DNA from: the human T2T-CHM13v2.0 reference genome, Homo sapiens
Length of the DNA: 64,000 nt
Reading direction: 5' to 3' (one strand)
NCBI RefSeq assembly: GCF_009914755.1
Contig: NC_060929.1
Under the pieces are notes generated by a model. The model searched no databases and was not told the origin of the DNA. It worked only from the letters and a program-made list of their open reading frames with translations. Each line of letters opens with the position of its first letter. The first letter of the stretch is position 1. Position numbers and translations under genes: made by a program. Positions 38,801 to 51,604 of the stretch are shown in pieces.

Positions 38801-41605
38801 GGGCAGCCATCATTTGTAGGCTCCCTTTTTATTGGAAAGTAGGCCTTCACCTTTGGCAGGTGGCTCTATTATGCTAAGCAGCTCACAAATCTGGTGGAGA
38901 AGCACCTCATACTTTCTTTGAATACTTGTGTTCCACATTCATACGTGGTGTTCAGAAAACCTGCATGAGAGCAGTAACCATGCTCTATTTAGAGGGAGTG
39001 ATGTGTCCTAAAAAGCTGGCATGGGTAGGCCATGCGTAGCCCCTAAAGGTATCTGCCGCAGTTGTAACAAAACACACCAGCAGTCATAATCATGAAATGC
39101 TTCGTGGATTTCTCGCCCAGCTTCCTAATTATGAAACATATATTTCACAACCATTTGAAGTCTTTTTTTGAAGAATCGTTATTTCTCTCAGCATGAAGGC
39201 ATGCAATGTAGGTAGTTTACATAGTCATGGGAGGTAAGGTTTTAGTTTTATTTTTCAAGTTCGATATCACTCAGGTCTTGCTCTAGCAGCAGGCATTGGC
39301 TCAAGATGTAATAAAAGGACTGAACCAAAATACCCTGCCTGAAATACCTCTTCTTATCAGCATCTAAAAATCTACAATGAGAGATTTTCTTTCAGTATTG
39401 GAAGGCATTTATACCCTCAGGATTGATTTATTAAAAAGGTGCCAGAAATGGGTAAACAAAGTTTTTCCATAGCTTAGCTCACAAAAACATATACTGAGCA
39501 CTTCTTAGGTACTAGACACTCTGCCAGCCCTGGAATGTCAAGGTTGGAGGTGGACATCTCTTTCAAGGATGTGACAGGAAGTTTATGCTGAATCTTGTGA
39601 CTAAGTTGGGAACAGGTCCATGCTTGGAAAGAAGAGAGCAGAGAAAAAAGTTTACTTCCCTCACAGTTTCAACAAGATGTAGACTCGGTTACATATGGTT
39701 AAGCTGTGCACTTGAGAGCCACTTGTCAAAATATGTCATTTGATTCCTAGTACACTTTGTGTACATTCAGCAATAAGTTTAAGCATGTAAAGCACAAGTG
39801 GATAAGAAATTCCCACTCTTCGAATTATATAGCAGTTATTTAATGTTCAGAGGGCTGATGGGAATATATAAAGTAGCTAATGTTTAGGGATGACCTCACT
39901 ATCAAGCCATACTGCCAGATACCATAAACAGCTATAAATTGTGAGAGCAGCAAGGATACACAGTGACCCTGTGTTCAACTAAGCACAGCATTCACTATAG
40001 TAGTTAACCTTTGACTGTAGTAGTAAATTAATGCAGATCTCCAAAAAACACTCCTATGCAAAAGGCACTGTGAAAACACTGCTGCATAATAATAAAATAC
40101 TAACAGTAACTTGACCTCCAAAGCTTCTGGCTGGGGGAGGTATCATGTAATGTTGGGCTAGGGAAGAGCATGCGTTCATTAAGAAGGTTACCGAACACTG
40201 GATATCTTCTATTTTGTGATTTTTCTGCCACAGCCAAAGAACAGCAACTTGTGTTATAAAGACAACAATGTCAGGTGTTCCAACCTATTTTAGTAACACC
40301 CCTTTATTACTGAAAGTGCCTCCGGTAAATGCCCAAATTGCCTATTTGCACTAAATAAAATGTCACTTTGTGAATAAATTAGGCATTTTATGCTACCTTC
40401 TGTACGTCTAATGACATCCGTTGTAATATAATGTTTGCTTGTCTCTAGAGGCTGGCTCTCGAAATCAGCTTGCACCTGTGGCTTTTGGGAGCTATTAAGT
40501 AAAGCTTTTTTGCACTCACTTCTCCTGGTAGAATGTCACTGATATTCAAGGAAAGACTTGAAAAATATTACCAGGGTGTTTCTCAGTACGCCTCTGGGAC
40601 TTGAAGTTTTGAATGTACGTGGACCTTTTGACATGTTGCGGTCCCTGTCCAATGGGGGTTACGGGTAGCTTGTCATTCATACTCTTTACCTTGATTCTGC
40701 CCGTGAACAACTGGAATCAGATTAATTTTGTGTGCTTGGCATACATGTGACTAACTCAATCATTTTTTTTCCCAGAGTGGTCTGCCTTTGCATTTATCTC
40801 TTGTTGCTTCTACCCTTGAAACGACTCAAGTTCCAATTTCTTTTTTAATACACTTTAATTTCAAACAAAAACTATAAGTTTCAGCATGACTACTAGACCA
40901 GGGGGATGCATCAGGAATGTACATAGATCCAAATAAGCCCTCAAAGTTGCAAAGCTTACTCAAATCTCATGTCATGTGTTGATAGTTTCTCCGGTGACTT
41001 TCTTGCCCCTATACATACCAAAAATCAAAGTTTTGAACTAATTTCTTGAAAGCAACTCTCTTGAAAGAATTTTCCAGGTAAGACTTATACACAAAAGTAT
41101 AAGGGATAAAGTGTTTGCATTTAGCATTTCTTTTCTTTCTCTTTTGTTGGATTTGACAAGAACTGGTAAAAGTAAGGACACAGGTAAATGATATCCTAAC
41201 GACTCCTCTCACCTAAGAGAGACATAAATTATAAAAATAGTGTGTTTTTCTCCTACACATTCAACTTCTAAAAAGATATAAATAATAATAATTACTAATA
41301 TAAATTGTTTAACACGTGCCAGTAATTATTCAAGGCATTTTACACATATTATCTCTTTGAATACTTACAATAATGCAATAATAGGTAATATTATTTCATG
41401 ATTTTACCAAAAAAGGAAAAACTGGTACTGCAACAAGCCAAATCAAATTTGGGACTTGTCCTCTTATAAAGTCCTATTTTTTGTGTTAGAAGTACTCCTT
41501 TATATTGGGGGAGCTGTACAGGGTTTTTATAATTAGCATAAGCTGCAGAGTCAGACTTCTAGTTTGAATACTGTCTTTGCCACTGGCTCTTTAGTTTATT
41601 TTACA

Positions 41606-42184
41606 TATCAGTCAGGATTTTTTTTCTGTTGCCAGTGAGAGAAAAACACAGGCTGAAATACAATTGATATACTATACATTCTATATATGAACAAAAATGT
41701 ATTCCTCATATAACTAAAAATTTCAGAGTAATGCAAGTTTGAGGCATGGTTAGCGTCAAGATTTAGATAAGTCATCAAGACTCCAGCCTCTGTCAACATC
41801 TCAACTCTCTTTTCCTCCCATTGCCAGGCTGTATTTGGTCCCATGATAGAGCCCCACAGTTCAAATCCTAAATGCTCCCAGTTTCAAGCTCAGTAGAAGA
41901 GAGAGCTCTCTTGGCCCAACAGTTTGAACAAAAGTCTTAAAGCTGATAGATGCATTCCCTGGGGCAATAACTGAAACCAGAGGAATGGCATGCATTGATT
42001 GCACAGCACACATCTCTGTCACATGCTCTTTCCCATAGCTGCAACTTAAGCCCATAGAATAAGAATGGATGATGGGCAGTTCGCCAGTGGAAAACTGGAA
42101 TGCTCTTAACTGTGGGGTGAGGAAGGGGGTAGGATGAGAATGAGGGAGTTGATTCCAAGCATCAGAAACAGCAGCTGTCCAGTT
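41606..42184 (-). mobile_element. MLT1K/L-type MaLR LTR inserted in a MIR
   Basis: tatcagtcaggattttttctgttgccagtgagagaaaa, ccagaggaatggcatgcattgattg, ggaaaactggaatgct; MIR halves at ~41520-41600 and ~42185-42320. Confidence 0.7.
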
Positions 42185-43225
42185 CCTTTTGGGAGAGTCT
42201 CTTTGTCTCTCTGAACATCACTCCTCATCTGTGAAATGTGGGAATAATCACTACGGCCTAGAGTTGTGAGAAATCAATGAACTAATGTATGTAAAGTACA
42301 AGATGCAGTGTCTGATTAATTGGGGTCTCTCCCTGTTTCTTTTTCCCTTCACCTTTTCTCTTCTTCCTTGGTCTGCTTTTATCTTTCATTTTTTATGTTT
42401 GCTTATTTCTACTTTTGTCATCTTCTTTTATCATCATCATGATCATTATCCTCACCAGCATTATCATATACATAAAGTATTTGTCATTGGTTCTGGCCCA
42501 TGGTAAGAGCTAAATAAATGGTAGTGATACATTTCTTCTTCCTGTAGAAGATGACCTCCCCTAGAAAGAATTCAGAAGTGTAAACCTGAGTTTAGCTCAG
42601 TTTATGATTCCTGGAAAACGAACTCCCTGAAAGAGGCATCCTGGTTCACAGCTGAATATCAATTTTAACCTTATTCTCAGATTGCCTAAACAATACTGCA
42701 CACATTAGTCTGAATTGGGGGATAATATGTTCTATGAAATCCAAGTTCTGATGTTAATGTTTTTTTCTTTCTTCTGACATGTCTCCCCGTCCCCCTTTTT
42801 TCTTGAAGAAGAAGAACCAGATAAAAATGTTTCATTGTCCCTTACAAATTGTCTCCTAGGAAAAAGATTTAACCCTAATCTAGCACACACATCTATCTTA
42901 AGCTTTCCTCACACATTACCATGAAAATCATACATTTTGTGATTTATAACAAAATTACCAAAGACAATCTTCTCCCCTATCTTTATCTCTGATTGGATAT
43001 CTCATATAAGCCATACTTTATTACCAATTCCCAAATAAGGTGATTGGATTATACATGCTAAAATTCACAACTTCTTCATCACTACAAAGTAGCAACCTGA
43101 TTAGTAAAAATATACTTAATCGTTAAACCCAGTCATCATGTTTCCTAAACATTAAAGCTCAGCATATAGTTCAGTTCAGATTGGTAAGGATACAGTGAGC
43201 ACCTACTTAACTTACCTTAATTTCA

Positions 43226-43561
<336 letters not shown>

Positions 43562-44239
43562 CTAGTCCAGTTGGATCAGTTACTTGTTCCAGGACACATG
43601 ACTACAGTCCCAGAGGGGTGGAAAAGGTGCCACTATGTTAACTCACTTTTCCCATAGTAATCATGGGGATGGGTTGAAAGCACAGTTCCAAAAACACATT
43701 GGGACTGGACAGAAAACATTTTTCTTTACTCCCAATACAAACCTCTCAGAACAGGTAAACCATAATTTCATTGTGCTTTCAAAACACCATTTACATCTTC
43801 ATTTTGAGTGATTTTTCAGAGATTGAATAATCATCTAAAGTTGCATTAAACCTTTTTAAATCTTTGGGTGAAAGGTTCAATTTTGAGATTTTATGAATTT
43901 TAAGTGGTTGTGAGGTTTTTGGGTTTTTGTGAGTTTAGTTGTGTTTTGTTTTATTGGGGGGATAGAGTCTTGAACAAAACATAACCACCTTCTGTATGTC
44001 TAACACCTCATCCTTGCTTTCACAATTAGTTTAACATTTTTTCCTCAACTGTTTCTAGCTAGTAATTTGGAACATGATTTTTGCATTGCCTTTTTTCTAT
44101 GGTTTGAATATTTGTATCTTACCCGCTAAATTGGATTATAAATCTAGGGAAAAAAATGTTTTCCATTTTTCTTTCTATCCAGGGTGTTAAGCCCAGAATC
44201 TTGCGTAAAGATTTTTCTTGAGCTACAGCAACTGTTGCA

Positions 44240-44440
44240 AATAATAATAGTGACTGCGTGTTGAGCTTCAACTGCATGTCATACACCAAGATGAGCATTT
44301 TGTAGTTACTGTTATATATAATCTTCAGGAATCACTAGTGAGCCAATTATTATTATCCCCATTTTAAGGATAGGGAAACTGAGGCTTAGAAAGATGAAGG
44401 TCTTGTCGAAGGTGGCAGATAGAACTCTAGGCTCTATTTT
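44240..44440 (-). mobile_element. MIR
   Basis: attattatccccattttaaggatagggaaactgaggcttagaaagatgaagg. Confidence 0.85.
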
Positions 44441-47169
44441 ACTTTTCTAATCTCCAAAGACTGATTATAAGTCCGTAGGAAATCTCAAAGCCTTCGAATA
44501 TTTTTCTTTACAGTGGGAAAACAATACATTTGCAAAATATTTCTGCATTGAGGGGTTTGAGATTCTTACATGAGAATATATTTTCAGGCCCATGCTGAAC
44601 CCCTCAGAGCCAGGCCCTTTCTATGAACTTTTTAAGTAGTCTCAGCACATTAGTATTACTGCACCTACCTAGTCATCCATTGGATATCTACTAGACTGTG
44701 AACAAATGATGGGTAAATATTATGTTGTATTTGTGTTTTTTTCCTCAATATCTGATGTAGTACCTGACGTATCCTAGCAGTGACTGAATAGATGATATTT
44801 GCACACATAAATAAAAGAATCAATTCACCTATCATTAAATGTATCAATGAATAAATATGTCAATAAATTGCATGAATCAATTTATCATTAAACATATCAG
44901 TGAATAAAGAAGAGATTGGATGATGCTACAGAAATTTGCCTACGGAACACTGTCTAATCAGATCTGAGTAAAAAAATTGCAAAATGATGCCTTTCCTAGA
45001 ATCTCAGGAACTTGGGTCTTTGTAGAATGCCGTACAAAATGCTCCCTAGGGTTGATTGACTATACATTGCTGCCACCACAATGCCAAAGTTTATTGAATT
45101 GCATTTGTCAATACCTTATTTTTTATTCTATCTAAAATATGGACTAATATGAATTCATATGAATTCATGCAACTGTACACTGAGTTTTGCTATTAGCAAT
45201 GAACATTTTCATGTGACATAAACAAATGTGAATTTTAAAATAAGCAACAGATGATCCAGCAGTGAAGCGTGCCCACCACTTCTAAAGCTGGGGTCAAACC
45301 AACATCTTCTGAACATTGATTTAGCAGGTTGAACTCAGCCAGAGTTGTCGGAGATTACACATGCACCTTTCGTCAACAAGCATATGGAAGTGCATGTGTT
45401 GCCAACAGCCTGGACCATGTAATAAAGGAAAATCATATAACATGTAGAAAGCCCTTGAGGCTGCTAATATACCCATATCTGCAGTACAGTGTAGGAAAGA
45501 TCCACTGTAGTCTTTTTCTACTCTTTGATTTCCCCCAAATATTTGTAAGTTATTATTTACTCCGTCCTTAAAAAATGTGAAATATATTAACTGAACATCT
45601 CATTATCCCTTTAGTGAATGCTTGGTCTCAAAGCCTTGTTCTTCTCAGCAAAGGTAATTTTAGTGTATCTGAAAAAAAAACATAGAGTGAGTCACTTCAC
45701 TCACCCTATCTTACTAGATGGAAGATCCATTTATTTTTATTTGTGTGTTTGTTTTCCTTTTGTTTAATATGAAGTTTCCATAACCTAACCTAAAACCTGA
45801 AATCTTTTAGATTGTTCAAAAATTGTTTGAATAATTATGAGTTAGTAAATTTGGCCCAGTGTTCTCATCCATAAAATGAAGATGCTATTAGATTATTCTC
45901 ACCATTGTATAGGTGTGTATGTATATATAAATATGTATATATATATTTGTAAAATAGTTATTGTCTGATTATGCATGATGCAAAATGTATGCATACCATA
46001 ATCTATCTCTACATATTTGACCTCCAACTAGGTAGAATAAAATAAAATGATACTGAAAAATAGTACAATATAAATGAACAATATATATTAATGTATTTTT
46101 ATTATTAGATGATAAAATGTATATTTGTCCTCATTACTCAGCCTATGATGACATGTATTAATTAACAAATAAGTACAGTCTGAACCTGATGTTTCTTGCT
46201 TCCTGTTCCTCCTTCTCTCTTCCTCTCGCTCTCTTTCTCGGCTTGCTTATATAAGGTTGGTTGGTATCTGGTTCCAACCTAAAGAAAAGTATTTACAGAT
46301 CAATATCTTAATGAAATAAAAAAAGTTTGAACACGTAACCACAAAGTAGTATGGGGAAAAAAACCTATTGGATAAACTTGTATGCCTTTATTGCTATCAT
46401 TTTATAATCACAGCCAGACCTTCATTAGGGAATTAGCTAAATGTTCATTTGGCAGTGAATTCCTGTCTGATGAGTCTAGCAGGAAGACTTTCAGGATGTT
46501 GTGATTTCTATCCTTTCGCAGATAGATATACTTACTGTCCTTGTAATTGGTTTATCCCAATAGATAGTCTCCTCAGAGACCATGCAGTCACGGAAAATAT
46601 CACCCAATTTCCTTCCAAGAATTGTTGGAAGGTTTAATCAAGAAATGTTTGTGATGTGTGTTGAGGAGGGAAAGACTCTCCAGTGACAAAGAGAAATGAT
46701 TATTACTGGAATTAGACTCTACAAAAATTTCTAATCATCACTCAAATGAGATAAGGTGATGACAGAAAAACCCTAGGCAAATTTTTAAAGTGTAAAATTT
46801 GACCAATATTTCCAAATATATTTTGCTTTTAATTGGAGAACAAATGTTTTCCCTTTCTTTTAATGTTAGTTCCCACTAAGGGTCTAATATTGTAGTTGAA
46901 TTTTGAGAACTAAAAGAGAGAACATTAAAATTAAGGGTTGTGACTTCATTCATTCTATGCTTCTGCAGTTCTAAATTGCCTCTAATTTCCTTCTTTACAC
47001 ATGCAGTGTAGGAATGGTTGTTTTTCACAGACCTTGCTTTTCCACTAATTAGTTGCCAGAATTAAGATCGCAATTACCCAACTGAAATATTTTAAGAAAA
47101 TGTGTCATGTATTAGAAAAATAATTGAAATGCATAATTTGAAGACAAATGTTGACCCTGTCTAGTATAT

Positions 47170-47690
47170 TGTAATTGTTTGGATCTTTGTTACCAGTGAC
47201 CAAGATCTGACTCATAGGAACATAAGCAAAAGTATGGATTTATTATTAGGATACTTAGGTCATTCCTGAAACCCAAGAACAAGAATATGGTTAGACCTGA
47301 AGTACTGAAACAACAAACTCAAACATATTTAGGACTTTCTTTTCATATCCTGCCTCATTTCTCCAGTGGTCAGGGTCAATATCTGCTTTCTCTCTGTAAA
47401 AGTATTTTCTATGATTCACTGGTCCTAGTGGAAGGAAATCAGATTGCCAATAATATCTAAGAATTACATCGCATATCCTAGGCTTTCAAAAAGAGATTGA
47501 CAAGCTTTCTCTGTCTTGATTCTGTGATGGAATTCCTAAGGAGGGAATCATCACTCCAGCTCAGGTTAGGTGACCACATTGAATGGTAAACTGTAGTTAG
47601 AAGATGGGCTACAATTGTAACCAGCCTAACAGTTCCCAAAACAACCATGTGGATGGAAGGAAGATCAAAGGACAATCTCCAGTATAAAAG
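47170..47690 (-). mobile_element. MLT1-type MaLR LTR, decayed
   Basis: gatttattattaggatactt, ccagctcaggttaggtgaccac, ccaaaacaaccatgtggatgg. Confidence 0.5.
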
Positions 47691-47698
47691 TACTCCTC

Positions 47699-48144
<446 letters not shown>

Positions 48145-48249
48145 TCAAAAACGTAAGGCTGAAAGTTTAGTAAACAGTCAACTGAATAGGACATTATCAC
48201 CACACAAGGATAATTTGCCTAAAACAAAACTCATATCTATTCATGGATA

Positions 48250-48680
48250 ATGTCTTCCTTAGCTCAAGCATATACTGACTATTAAATATATGGAAAACCT
48301 TGAGCTAGGAACGTAAAGAAATAACAATGAGCAAGATAGCCTAGTGGAACAACCAACACATTAACAGATAACACACAATAATGTGGAAAATACAATAATG
48401 GAAATACCTACAGGTTATTGTGGGAATACTAGGGAGGAATAAAACCCTGCTAGAAGTGACAGGCGACCATAAATGGCCTCCCAGAGGAGTCAAACCCTGA
48501 GCCACATCTACAAAGAGAAGTAAAAGTTAATTAGGTAAGAAATGGAAAAACAAGCCAGCAGAGTCAGCAGGGGCCAGGTGATGGGGGAGACTGAAAACCT
48601 GGCTAAAGATCTTGGACTTTTCTGAAGTTCCCTAAGAAAAGAGTATGAGAATGGCATGATCTGATTTGCCCAGAACTAGG
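48250..48680 (-). mobile_element. L2 fragment
   Basis: ggcctcccagaggagtcaaaccctgagcc, ggctaaagatcttggactttt, ggcatgatctgatttg. Confidence 0.65.
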
Positions 48681-49930
48681 TCTAGGTTACAGTACTCATT
48701 AACACAACCCCAGAGAGTTGGTTTTGAAGTAGCTTCTCAAGTAATCAAGAAAGATAAGCTAATTTCATGAAAAATGTAGTCTAGCATTCTGTAATGTCCT
48801 AATTATACAACACCCCTGTCCCCACACCCATATGCTCTGCAGGTGAAAAAACAATCTGCTGCTTGCAAGAGACAATCATGTTCAATCAAAGAAATCAACA
48901 GAATTAACTATTTGGGTACGTTTGCCTCCTTGCTCCAAGAATGCAGGACACTTTACCACATTTGCTTCCTGCTAATCGCTCACCTCCACCAGACCCAGGC
49001 TTTCAATTTTAGTCAAGCTAAATTGCCTGCCTTCCTTTGCCTTTACTCACCATAAAGTCATTTGAATTTGCTCATGGGAATTTTCATGCCCAGGACTGAC
49101 TCTTTCTTCCTATCTGCCAGAATCTGTGGTTATCATTATTAAAAACTCAGTTTGAGGCCTTTCCTCCTGGGGCTGCTCATTACGTTAGATAGGGAATGTA
49201 TAGAACTCTCCTTCTGTCAATCCCAACCATCTCTTCCACGGTATTCATGATACGTGAATGCATTTTTGTTCTAACATTTTTGTGTGTGCATTCTTCTTAA
49301 AATACCCAAAGCTAAATCTCAAAGCTCTGTCATATGTCCCCTTGAAAATGTTTATTAAATTGGGTGATACTAACTTTAATCCCAGGAACAGCAGATGGGC
49401 ATGGTCTGCTTTCCTATGTGCATGTTTTTATGTGTGTTTCTGAAACATTTCGCACAACAAAAATATCACTTTTTATCATTACTTTTTAAAATGTGATATT
49501 GTGTCCTGAAACAATATTAAAAATCACAATTCCAGGAAACTCATCATTTCCCAATCATACAATGTATTGGGTTTAAACTCTAGTAAGTCATGAGAAATTG
49601 GCCCATGAAATCAAGTCATAATAATTTAATGAAAATCTATCCAAGAGTTTAAAAATATATATAAGAACTAATCATCTGTACTTGTCCTCAGTGATTGATT
49701 TGCTTCAGCAGCACCTGGGCCTCATATTTGGCAAGGAAATAAAGAAAACGTCAATGAAAAAAAGTTTTCATCATTCTATTTTTCAAGTTCAACTCTTCCA
49801 TACTCTAGAAAGGTTTCCTGTTCCTACATGTTGTATTTGTGCCAGGCCTTTCCCTATGTAATAATGAGGGGCATCCAATTACTAAAAATTACAACTGTCC
49901 GTCTGTCATTTGACAAAAGGCACTTGTTAA

Positions 49931-50322
<392 letters not shown>

Positions 50323-50379
50323 CCAGTTTCTATTTATTTTTTGTGTTAAGAATGTCTTGAGGACTGCTGCCCCAGGATG

Positions 50380-50397
50380 GTGTGTGTATGTTTGTGA

Positions 50398-50443
<46 letters not shown>
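50380..50443. repeat. (TG)n microsatellite
   Basis: Pure GT tract at 50402-50443 with an imperfect left part. Confidence 0.98.
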
Positions 50444-50444
<1 letters not shown>

Positions 50445-50989
50445 CAAGCCTCATCCCCCTAGGATCTTCTGGGTAGATTAGTCCTCCAAACTGCTTCCTG
50501 AACCTACCTCACCCTCTCTAGACATAACTGTTCCTATTACCATTCTTCTAACCCTCACCCATGTTGGGTTCTATTTGCCCCTATCAACTCTGTATATACT
50601 CATATTTACCATAGAGTTAATGTCGTATTTCATATAACGTATTTTCAATGTAATTAGAACCTCCTAAAAGCTCAGTTTCAGCCTTAAGGCTTGGCTGTTT
50701 AAATAGCAGTGAAGTGTGGTAAAGAAACAGTAGACCAAGAAGAAGGAGCCTCATTTCCTGTGCACATGTTTTATCTGAGATGTAGAAACAGTTCATGTAA
50801 CAAAAAGATCATTGCGTTTGCCATTCTGTAAAATGTGATCGTGTCTTGAAACAATATTAAAATCACAACCCCAGGAAACTCATCAGAGATGATACTTATG
50901 AGAGGGGTGACTTACGGCAAAGCATTCATCCTCTCTGGGATCATTTCTTCCATGAGACTAGATCAATGGTTTTAAAAGTGTAGCTGTTT

Positions 50990-51604
50990 TTATTTTCTTT
51001 TAATAGACTTTATTTTTCATAGCAGTTTTAGGTTCACAACAAACTTGTAAACAAAGTTGTGCGTGGAAAGTGTTGTAGTCCTCCCTTATCTTCAGGGCTA
51101 CATTCCAAGAATTCCAAGGAATTCCAAGAATTCCTGAAATCTCAGATAGTACTGAACCTTATACATTCTATGTTTTTTCCTATAATACATACATACTTAT
51201 GATACAGTTTAATTTATAAATTAGGCACAGTAAGAGATGAACAATAACTAAAAACAAAATACAACATTTTTAACAATGTGTCATAACAGAAGTTATGTGA
51301 ATGTGATCTCTCTCTCTCTCTTTCTGTCTCAAAATATTTTGTACTACACCATGGGTAACACAAACTGCAGATAAGGGGAAAGACTGCTGTACAGAGACTT
51401 CCTACATACTTCTGCCCTCACACATACAGTCACACTCATTACCATCATTCCCTACCAGCATGGCACATTTGTTACAATTGAGAAACCAACATAGACATGC
51501 CATTGACACTCTTGGTGTTGTAAGTTCTATGTTTGGACGAATGTATAATGACAGGTACCCACCATTATAGTATCATACAAAATAGTTTCACTGTCCTAAA
51601 AATC
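50990..51604 (-). mobile_element. L1MC-type 3' end, split by MER44
   Basis: tttaatagactttatttttcatagcagttttaggttcaca...acatttgttacaattgagaaacc...tagtttcactgtcctaaaaatc. Confidence 0.85.
51073..51389. mobile_element. MER44 (Tigger7-derived MITE)
   Basis: TIRs gtagtcctcccttatc / gataaggggaaagactgctg followed by TA; internal aatttataaattaggcacagtaagagat; contains an (attccaaga)x3 microduplication. Confidence 0.88.

Noticed and set aside
46467-46496. CUGAUGA followed by a short stem (hammerhead-like); similar cases on the minus strand near 13806, 50880 and 61120
   Set aside because: The stem is not followed by the required GAAA and no stem I/III with an NUH cleavage site forms, so it is not a hammerhead ribozyme.
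51102-51135. Short direct repeats (attccaaga)x3
   Set aside because: A slippage microduplication inside MER44 with no spacers; not CRISPR-like.
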